Translations under genes and position numbers: made by a program | Notes under the pieces: model-generated | Seen by the model: only the letters and a program-made list of their open reading frames with translations | Databases searched by the model: none | What the model was told of the DNA's origin: nothing | Shown here: positions 25,819 to 32,262 of the stretch, in pieces | How the letters are laid out: each line of letters begins with the position of its first letter | How positions within the stretch are numbered: position 1 is the first letter of the stretch | Origin: Actinomycetota bacterium | GTDB lineage: Bacteria > Actinomycetota > Actinomycetes > Nanopelagicales > Nanopelagicaceae | Direction: 5' to 3' | Assembly (NCBI GenBank): GCA_046094245.1 | Contig: JBJTHB010000032.1 | Location: forward strand, 1-32,262 | Length of the DNA stretch: 32,262 bases

Positions 25819-27896
25819 GCGTCGATTCTCTCTCGATCGATATCCGCGGTCGCAATGAAATCTTTACGCGGAGCTACTTCATTACCCATCAACAATTCGA
25901 ACATCTTCTCAGCGGCTGCGGCATCCTTGATGGTGATGCGCCGTAACGTGCGATGGTCAGGGTCCATCGTGGTTTCACGTAACTGATCTGCGTCCATCTC
26001 ACCGAGGCCTTTATAGCGTTGTAACGGCTCTTTCCAGCGCTTGCCTTGTTTCTTCAAGTCAGCAAGTAGCTTCTTCATCTCATCATCAGAGTAGGTGTAA
26101 TGCACTTCGCCCTTCTTGCCTCCCCCGCCCATAACTTCAATGCGGTGCAGAGGTGGAATTGCAGCGAATACGCGACCATCGTCAATCAACGGTTTCATGT
26201 ATCGATAGAGAAGGGTCAACATGAGGCAGCGAATATGCGCGCCATCAACGTCTGCATCGGACATCAAAATCACACGACCATACCGCGCATCATCAATAGT
26301 GAAAGATTTTCCAGAACCTGCACCAATTACTTGGATGATTGCTGCGCATTCTGCGTTATCGAGCATTTGAGATAACGAAGCTTTTTGGACGTTTAGGATC
26401 TTTCCTTTCAGAGGCAGAATCGCTTGGAACTCAGAATTTCGCGCTGCTTTCGTTGTTCCGAGCGCTGATTCGCCTTCAACGATAAATAGTTCGGTGCGCG
26501 AGACATCCTCACTTCGACAATCAGAGAGCTTGGCAGGAAGTGATGAGCTCTCAAGAGCGTTCTTGCGGCGTTGTAGTTCCTTATGAGCGCGAGATGAAAT
26601 TCGGGTACGAGAGGCGTTTGCAACTTTTTCGAGAATCAACAGACCGTTAGCCTTATCAATTCGCTTAGTGGTGGTGAAGAAATTCTTGAGTTCATCTGAG
26701 ACGACTTGTTGGACGATCTTCGTTACAGCAGGAGTTCCTAACACTTCTTTGGTTTGACCTTCGAACTGTGGTTCTTGCATACGGACTGTGACCACCGCAG
26801 TCAATCCTTCGACGATGTCATCTTTGATGACATCTTGTTCGTTTTTCTTTAGTACACCCTTCGCTCGCAGATATTCATTGAAAGTTTTGGTGAGCGCACG
26901 TTCAAAACCTTGGACATGAGTTCCACCTTTAGGTGTGGCGATGATGTTAACGAAGGAACGAATGGTGGTCTCGTAGCCATTACCCCATTTAATGGCGATA
27001 TCGACATCCATGTCGCGCTCAACTTCTTTAGGCTCGAGATGGCCTTTTTCATCAAGAACAGGGACAGTCTCTTCATAGTGGCCTTTGCCCGTTAGGCGAA
27101 TGACATCGCCCACGGCTTCGTCAGGTTGGATGAAATGGCAATACTCGGAGATTCCACCTTTATGGAAGAAGGTCTCAGAAGTTTTTTCCTTTGTTCGATT
27201 GTCATTAACAATCAAGGTGAGGCCCGGTACCAAGTACGAAGTTTGGCGAGCGCGGGTATAAATCTCTTCTAAGTCATATTGAGCATCTTTGAGGAATATT
27301 TGCTTATCCGACCACCACTTGATGCGAGTACCAGTCACTTTAGCGGAGACTTTTCCAATCACGCGAAGTCCTGATTGTGGTTCAAATGTCGCATTGGGAC
27401 CATCGCCATCAAATATTCCAGCAACACCACGTTTAAATGACATCCAATAAATCTTTCCGTCGCGATCAACTTCAACATCGAGACGTGAGGCAAGCGCGTT
27501 TACGACAGAAGCGCCAACGCCATGAAGACCGCCTGTGGCTGCATAGGAACCCCCGCCAAATTTTCCACCGGCATGAAGTTTTGTCATGACAACTTCAACG
27601 CCAGTAAGGCCAGTCTTTGGTTCTTTATCTACCGGGATTCCACGACCATCATCATGAACCTCGATAGAACCATCTTTTTCTAAATTGATTTCGATCTTCT
27701 TGCAATATCCAGCGAGAGATTCATCAACCGCGTTATCAATAATTTCCCAAAGGCAGTGCATGAGTCCACGACCATCGGTCGAGCCGATATACATTCCGGG
27801 ACGTTTGCGGACCGCATCAAGACCTTCAAGAACTGAGAGATCTTTGGCGGAATATGAATTTTCAACGCTGCGAGTGTCGTCTGCCACGATGCGCAA
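25815..27896 (-). CDS. parE: Type IIA topoisomerase subunit B (ParE/GyrB family).
   Basis: LEGLDAVRKRPGMYIGST, EIIDNAVDE, GGLHGVG (GHKL ATPase), Toprim EGESALG and SDADVDGAHI. 693 aa. The start is TTG 27896 or GTG 27887. Confidence 0.9.
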   Translation of the reverse strand: MRIVADDTRSVENSYSAKDLSVLEGLDAVRKRPGMYIGSTDGRGLMHCLWEIIDNAVDESLAGYCKKIEINLEKDGSIEVHDDGRGIPVDKEPKTGLTGVEVVMTKLHAGGKFGGGSYAATGGLHGVGASVVNALASRLDVEVDRDGKIYWMSFKRGVAGIFDGDGPNATFEPQSGLRVIGKVSAKVTGTRIKWWSDKQIFLKDAQYDLEEIYTRARQTSYLVPGLTLIVNDNRTKEKTSETFFHKGGISEYCHFIQPDEAVGDVIRLTGKGHYEETVPVLDEKGHLEPKEVERDMDVDIAIKWGNGYETTIRSFVNIIATPKGGTHVQGFERALTKTFNEYLRAKGVLKKNEQDVIKDDIVEGLTAVVTVRMQEPQFEGQTKEVLGTPAVTKIVQQVVSDELKNFFTTTKRIDKANGLLILEKVANASRTRISSRAHKELQRRKNALESSSLPAKLSDCRSEDVSRTELFIVEGESALGTTKAARNSEFQAILPLKGKILNVQKASLSQMLDNAECAAIIQVIGAGSGKSFTIDDARYGRVILMSDADVDGAHIRCLMLTLLYRYMKPLIDDGRVFAAIPPLHRIEVMGGGGKKGEVHYTYSDDEMKKLLADLKKQGKRWKEPLQRYKGLGEMDADQLRETTMDPDHRTLRRITIKDAAAAEKMFELLMGNEVAPRKDFIATADIDRERIDA

Positions 27897-28088
27897 GGGT
27901 ATCGACCGGAGTATTTCTGGCTTGGATTACGCGCCGTCGATGCTGGGAATTTGTCGATAATTTCACAGAATATGGCGAGAAAGTGAAAAATCTTTGATTT
28001 TGACCTGCGGGGAATAAGTCATAGGTGGTTTGATGTTCCAGTAGGCACTAGTCAGAACTCTGACACGAGGTACGAAAGGCAGGCTCTC

Positions 28089-28307
28089 ATGACTGAGAAT
28101 GTAGTACTCGATTCCACGCCGCTTAATGCCCTCGATCGTTGCGATCGTTGTGGCGCTCAAGCATACGTACGTGCTGTGATGGCAAATGGATTCGAATTAC
28201 TTTTCTGCGGTCACCATGCCAAGAAGTATCACGAAGGTCTTGCTGAAAAAGCTGCTCGTATTGATGACGAGACTTCTCGCCTTATCGAAGAATCAGCGGC
28301 GCAATAA
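28089..28307 (+). CDS. Small conserved Cys/His protein, putative zinc ribbon, resembling the actinobacterial DUF7455-type protein found near sigA/hrdB.
   Basis: 72 aa with CDRCGAQAY...LFCGHHAKKY (C-x2-C ... C-x-H-H) and an acidic C-terminal tail. An AAAGG Shine-Dalgarno lies upstream. The family assignment is from memory and is tentative. Confidence 0.55.
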   Translation: MTENVVLDSTPLNALDRCDRCGAQAYVRAVMANGFELLFCGHHAKKYHEGLAEKAARIDDETSRLIEESAAQ

Positions 28308-29625
28308 TCCTTGAGACCAAACTTGGTCTCGTAGTCTTTGCCTCTTCTTTATCTGCAACTCCACTCAGTTTTACCAAACTGTTGACTGCGATATAGCGCA
28401 AGGGTTCTGGCTCCCATTTTCTGATCTTTCGATTGACGAAATGTAGTTGTGTGACTGGATCAGGATTCGCTGTAATGAGATTTGCCAGAATTTTGCTCGC
28501 AAGAAAACTCATCGTCACACCATCTCCGGCATAACCGCCCAATCGTCCAAATCCAGAACTAGCATCGAATTGAACGTACGGTTCCCAATCTCGAGTGATC
28601 GCAACCGCGCCGCCCCACGCATGAGTGAAGGCGATGCCTTGCAGCGCCGGAAACCATTGCTGCACCAATTCACGAAGGTGTGAATGCACGTGCGCCGTCA
28701 TCTCCTTCTCTGGTGCAAGCCGCGAACCATATGGATATGTAGCACCTCGCCCACCAATTGCGATGCGATTATCTGCTGTACGTTGTGCGTAATTGATCAG
28801 ATGCGAACCCTCAGCAAAAGTAAAGCGTGACGCAACGCCGATTTCGCGCCATAGGTCCTCTGATAGCGGTTCGGTTGCGATCATTAGTGAATAAAGCGGA
28901 ATGAACTCACGAGCTGGCTCTCCAAAAACTTCTGTGGCCTGGATAACGATGGGGGCTGTGACCATGGCGCTATTTGCAAGGACGCCATCGCCAACGCGAG
29001 AGGCATATACCCCTTCGCAGATCGTCACACCGAGAGATCTGAGGTGATGAATGAGACCTTGAACCAATCCCATCGGATTAATCGTCGCGCACTCTGGATT
29101 GAATAGCCCGCCTCGCATCTGTGAAACATTGATCATGGCTCGCAATTCATCCGCGCTCTTCCATGTATGAAGGTCATCTTCGTTCGCTTTGAGACGGCGT
29201 TCTTGTGCAAGATTTCGCGCAAACATGACTGTTCCTGATTTAACAAAGTTTGCTTCTGGGGCCAAGGACTGTGCGACCGTCCCAAGTTCATCAATCGCAC
29301 TTGTGAGCGATTGGAAAAGAGCATGAGTTCTATCAACCCCATAACGTTTTTCCAAAGTCGATCGATATACGGGGTAGTCAGAAGATACCCATCCTCCATT
29401 GCGACCACTCGCACCATATCCACAATGACGTGCTTCAAAAATAACGATTGAGAGGTTGGGATTCAGTTTCTTTAAGTGATAGGCGCTCCACAAACCGGAG
29501 AAACCGCCACCAATGATGGCGACATCATATGAATCAGAAAACGAGCGGCTCGATGCGCTCTGAGTGGAACGATCAGCCCAGAGCGAGTTATTCGGCTTGG
29601 AATCCAGCTTCGCGGTGTGAGCCAT
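28282..29625 (-). CDS. FAD-dependent oxidoreductase (DAO / PuuB-like amine oxidase family).
   Basis: Dinucleotide-binding YDVAIIGGGFSGLWSAYHL...FEAR..GYGASGRNGGW. I chose ATG 29625, because the longer track ORF would overlap the CDGSH gene almost entirely. Confidence 0.75.
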   Translation of the reverse strand: MAHTAKLDSKPNNSLWADRSTQSASSRSFSDSYDVAIIGGGFSGLWSAYHLKKLNPNLSIVIFEARHCGYGASGRNGGWVSSDYPVYRSTLEKRYGVDRTHALFQSLTSAIDELGTVAQSLAPEANFVKSGTVMFARNLAQERRLKANEDDLHTWKSADELRAMINVSQMRGGLFNPECATINPMGLVQGLIHHLRSLGVTICEGVYASRVGDGVLANSAMVTAPIVIQATEVFGEPAREFIPLYSLMIATEPLSEDLWREIGVASRFTFAEGSHLINYAQRTADNRIAIGGRGATYPYGSRLAPEKEMTAHVHSHLRELVQQWFPALQGIAFTHAWGGAVAITRDWEPYVQFDASSGFGRLGGYAGDGVTMSFLASKILANLITANPDPVTQLHFVNRKIRKWEPEPLRYIAVNSLVKLSGVADKEEAKTTRPSLVSRIIAPLILR

Positions 29626-29779
29626 CGCAGAACGGTTTCTCTTTGGAATGACCACAGCGGCAGAGTGAGAAGTTCTCTTTAGTCTCGATGACATTTCCTT
29701 CTGCATCAACAAAATCAGCGGCGCCAGTAACGCGAATCGAACCATGTGGTTTTACATAAATCTTTGGACGATCAGACAT
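29588..29779 (-). CDS. CDGSH-type [2Fe-2S] iron-sulfur domain protein (mitoNEET-like, single domain).
   Basis: 63 aa containing CRCGHSKEKPFCDGSH, an exact fit to the C-x-C-x2-(S/T)-x3-P-x-C-D-G-(S/A/T)-H motif. A GGAG Shine-Dalgarno overlaps the rpoD stop, with a 9-nt gap. Confidence 0.85.
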   Translation of the reverse strand: MSDRPKIYVKPHGSIRVTGAADFVDAEGNVIETKENFSLCRCGHSKEKPFCDGSHREAGFQAE

Positions 29780-29788
29780 TTCTTACTC

Positions 29789-31258
29789 CTAGTCGAGGTA
29801 ATCGCGGAGGACTTGTGATCGCGATGGGTGGCGTAGCTTGGACATCGTCTTGGACTCAATCTGGCGGATACGTTCGCGAGTGACGCCGTAAACCTTGCCG
29901 ATTTCATCAAGAGTTTTTGGCTGTCCATCGGTGAGACCGAAGCGCATCGCAACCACACCTGCTTCACGCTCAGAGAGAGTATCGAGCACCGAGTGAAGTT
30001 GTTCTTGTAGAAGAGTGAACGAGACTGCATCGGCAGGAACAATAGCCTCGGAATCTTCAATGAGATCTCCGAACTCTGAATCTCCTTCTTCGCCCAGTGG
30101 AGTATGGAGTGAGATTGGTTCACGGCCATATTTCTGAACCTCAACCACTTTTTCAGGTGTCATATCAAGTTCTTTTGCGAGCTCTTCCGGGGTCGGTTCG
30201 CGACCGAGATCTTGCAACATTTGACGCTGAACACGAGCAAGTTTGTTGATGACTTCAACCATATGGACTGGAATACGGATGGTGCGGGCTTGATCTGCCA
30301 TCGCACGTGTAATTGCTTGGCGAATCCACCACGTTGCGTACGTCGAGAACTTATAACCTTTTGTGTAATCGAACTTCTCGACTGCGCGGATAAGTCCTAG
30401 GTTTCCTTCTTGAATCAGATCCAAGAAGAGCATGCCGCGGCCGGTGTATCGCTTGGCAAGAGATACAACCAGACGCAAGTTCGCTTCGAGTAGATGGTTC
30501 TTCGCACGTTTTCCATCTTCAGCGATCCATTCCAATTCGCGCTTGAGCGTACGCTCCATTTTCTCGCCACTATTCAATCGTGCTTCAGCGAAGAGGCCTG
30601 CTTCGATGCGCATCGCAAGCTCAACTTCTAGTTCTGCATTGAGAAGTGCAACTCGACCAATTTGTTTCAAATAATCTTTAACCGGATCGGCAGTAGCGCC
30701 CGCAGTCAGAACCGTTTGTGGTGGCGCATCATCTTCTTCAGAATCCTTGAGGGTGAATTCGCCTTCTTCTTGCTTTGCTTCTTCAGTGAGGTTAACGACG
30801 CGGACATCTGATTGTCCTTCTGGAGTCTCTTCGCCCGTTTCAGCAACAAGCTTCTCAAGATCTTCAAGCTCAACTTCTTCTAACTCAACATCTTCGCCAT
30901 CAATCTTCTCAACAAGTTTCTTGCCTGAGGTCTTTGTTGTTTCGGCAACGGGCGCCGTAGTGATGCCAGATTGCGCCGCCTTCATGGCTTCTAGTTCAGC
31001 TTTAGTTGGGAAGCGACGTGGACCCTTCTTAACTTCTGGTGCACTCTTTGCAGCTTTCGCATTTTTCAGCGCTTCTAATTCCGCCTTCGTGGGAAAGAGG
31101 CGTGGACCTTTCTTTACAACTTTCTTCGCAGACTTCTTGCTGCTCTTCTTCGCAGTCGTGCTCTTTTTTGCAGCGCTCTTCTTTTTTGCGTTTTTGGGCG
31201 CACGAGATACAGGCACGAAATAGTCCTTTGCTTTGTTCTGACGATTTGTCAGATTCAC
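29789..31258 (-). CDS. rpoD: Primary (housekeeping) RNA polymerase sigma-70 factor, HrdB/SigA type.
   Basis: Regions 1.2 through 4.2 are present: [74 protein letters not shown], and [23 protein letters not shown]. There is a long Lys/Ala-rich, then acidic, N-terminal extension. The start is GTG 31258, or GTG 31216, which has an AAGGA Shine-Dalgarno 6 nt upstream. Confidence 0.93.
   Translation of the reverse strand: MNLTNRQNKAKDYFVPVSRAPKNAKKKSAAKKSTTAKKSSKKSAKKVVKKGPRLFPTKAELEALKNAKAAKSAPEVKKGPRRFPTKAELEAMKAAQSGITTAPVAETTKTSGKKLVEKIDGEDVELEEVELEDLEKLVAETGEETPEGQSDVRVVNLTEEAKQEEGEFTLKDSEEDDAPPQTVLTAGATADPVKDYLKQIGRVALLNAELEVELAMRIEAGLFAEARLNSGEKMERTLKRELEWIAEDGKRAKNHLLEANLRLVVSLAKRYTGRGMLFLDLIQEGNLGLIRAVEKFDYTKGYKFSTYATWWIRQAITRAMADQARTIRIPVHMVEVINKLARVQRQMLQDLGREPTPEELAKELDMTPEKVVEVQKYGREPISLHTPLGEEGDSEFGDLIEDSEAIVPADAVSFTLLQEQLHSVLDTLSEREAGVVAMRFGLTDGQPKTLDEIGKVYGVTRERIRQIESKTMSKLRHPSRSQVLRDYLD
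30974..31114 (-). repeat. In-frame tandem duplication (84-nt period) inside the rpoD N-terminal tail.
   Basis: [22 protein letters not shown] (aa 49-70) and [22 protein letters not shown] (aa 77-98) begin exactly 28 codons apart and are identical at 15 of their first 17 residues. The nucleotide units are diverged but recognisable. Confidence 0.7.
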
Positions 31259-31290
31259 TTACCAGCGGCGGGGAAACTGGCTATGGCTAT

Positions 31291-31296
31291 ATTATA
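31291..31296 (-). promoter_or_regulatory. Candidate -10 hexamer TATAAT for rpoD.
   Basis: A perfect TATAAT on the minus strand in the 74-nt metX-rpoD spacer, 32 nt upstream of GTG 31258. The only hexamer at 17-nt spacing is a weak TGCATT. Pattern match only. Confidence 0.3.
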
Positions 31297-31332
31297 AATT
31301 GTCCACAGGCCAGAATGCACATTCAAAGTGCT

Positions 31333-32262
31333 TTATGCCCTCTTGGCGTGGGCTAAATCGAGAGATTCGCGGATTATCTGCCCTACCGACTCGACTTCAA
31401 TGAGGAATCCATCGTGGCCAAATGGAGATGAGATTCGTTTCAAAGGCTGGGCAGTAGGCGTAAGTTCCACGATCTCCTCTTGGAGTCTAGGCGGAAAGAG
31501 TCGGTCGGTATCGATTGAGACCACAACAATGGGAACTTGAGCGGTCGCAAGGGCGGCCGCGACCCCTCCACGATCCCGGCCTATGTCATGCGAAACCATC
31601 ACTGATTCCAGAGCAATGTATGTATTGGCATCGAATCGACGTTGCAGCTTCTTTGCCTGATGGTCGAGGTACGAAGTAACGGCATATCGACCAGTGTCAT
31701 CTCCCTGAAGATCGCGGCCAAATCGGGTATCCATTTCATATTCGGTTCGGTAGGTGAGGTGGGCAATTTTGCGGGCAATGCCCATTCCTTCGATGGGGCC
31801 ATGTTCTTGTTCGTAGTAATCGCCGCCGTTGAAATAAGGGTCAGCTTTGATTGCATGGATCTCCGTGCTCCACGTACCAATTTGATCGCCTGTTGCAACC
31901 GCTGAGGAACCAATCGTGCAGATTGCGCCAATCCGATCTGGATGTTCTATCGCCCATTCCAGTGAACGCATTCCGCCCAGCGAAGGCCCTACTGCAAGTG
32001 CATAACCAGGAATTCCTAATTGATTTGAAAGTTCCACTTCTGCTCGGACTAGATCACGGACTGTCAGATATGGAAATCTCGAACCCCATCGCTTGCCATC
32101 GGGAGCGAGGGAAGAAGGTCCAGTGCTTCCTTGGCACCCACCAATCACATTAGGACAGATGACAAAGTATTTATTTGTGTCGAAAGGCAGACCTGGTCCA
32201 ACCATCTCAGGCCACCAACCAGGAACATCAGACCATCCAGTTAACGCATGATTGATCAATAT
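31333..32262 (-). CDS. metX: Homoserine O-acetyltransferase. Partial: the 5' end is beyond the right edge of the window.
   Basis: FVICPNVIGGCQGSTGPSS, the alpha/beta-hydrolase nucleophile elbow GPSLGGM, and C-terminal SPFGHDGFL are typical of MetX/MetXA. The ORF is open to the window end. Confidence 0.88.
   Translation of the reverse strand: MLINHALTGWSDVPGWWPEMVGPGLPFDTNKYFVICPNVIGGCQGSTGPSSLAPDGKRWGSRFPYLTVRDLVRAEVELSNQLGIPGYALAVGPSLGGMRSLEWAIEHPDRIGAICTIGSSAVATGDQIGTWSTEIHAIKADPYFNGGDYYEQEHGPIEGMGIARKIAHLTYRTEYEMDTRFGRDLQGDDTGRYAVTSYLDHQAKKLQRRFDANTYIALESVMVSHDIGRDRGGVAAALATAQVPIVVVSIDTDRLFPPRLQEEIVELTPTAQPLKRISSPFGHDGFLIEVESVGQIIRESLDLAHAKRA

Noticed and set aside
27963-28160. 65-aa minus-strand ORF in the parE/small-ORF spacer.
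   Set aside because: It overlaps the start of the better-supported Cys/His ORF on the other strand, has no Shine-Dalgarno, and has an unremarkable composition. The region is better explained as promoter and leader DNA.
29626-29745. 40-codon N-terminal extension of the FAD oxidoreductase ORF.
   Set aside because: It overlaps most of the CDGSH gene, which has a perfect family motif and its own Shine-Dalgarno. The Rossmann GxGxxG begins shortly after Met 29625, so the internal ATG is the sensible start.
30747-31223. 158-aa ORF antisense to the rpoD N-terminal region (also 31039..31356).
   Set aside because: Ser/Phe/Ala low-complexity translation, the mirror image of the Lys/Ala/Glu-rich sigma tail. 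It is an antisense artefact of biased codon composition.
1-32262. Search for CRISPR arrays, tRNA/rRNA genes, IS elements, integrases, prophage remnants, toxin-antitoxin pairs or defence systems.
   Set aside because: No spaced direct repeats, no cloverleaf-capable spacer (most spacers are under 50 nt and the longest is 192 nt), and no transposase, integrase, nuclease or ATPase defence-like ORFs. Every ORF over 60 aa that is not a shadow frame has a housekeeping or metabolic assignment.

Overview
This is a densely packed chromosomal core region, about 46-50% GC by eye, with very short or overlapping intergenic spacers. It appears to come from a streamlined actinobacterium. Supporting hallmarks are SepH/DUF3071, a 4-PASTA PknB-type kinase, class II DAHP synthase, the divergent GlgC/GlgA(GlgM) pair, an HrdB/SigA-like primary sigma factor with a long basic N-terminal tail, and the conserved rplS-lepB-rnhB-yraN-comM-dprA block. 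A split lycopene cyclase pair at the left edge is compatible with freshwater rhodopsin/carotenoid-bearing lineages such as acI/Nanopelagicales or Luna-type Microbacteriaceae, but that placement is a guess. I see 34 supportable protein-coding genes. I found no rRNA or tRNA genes, no CRISPR array, no transposase or integrase, and no recognisable defence island. The only clear structured RNA is a TPP (THI-box) riboswitch in front of a PnuC-family transporter. The observations most worth follow-up are: (1) the riboswitch-PnuC-P-loop kinase module, a candidate thiamine uptake-and-trapping unit with a non-canonical kinase; (2) a ParC/GyrA-family subunit that stops exactly at the hinge before the C-terminal DNA-wrapping domain, its stop codon overlapping the stop of a convergent ParE/GyrB gene; (3) a CDGSH [2Fe-2S] mini-protein and an FAD oxidoreductase chained directly behind the primary sigma factor gene; (4) apparently leaderless, back-to-back glgC/glgA promoters in a 22-nt spacer; (5) sequence signatures predicting a PPi-dependent phosphofructokinase. 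I see no obvious novel multi-gene system. All functional calls rest on motif and family recognition by eye from the supplied translations, because no database search was possible.
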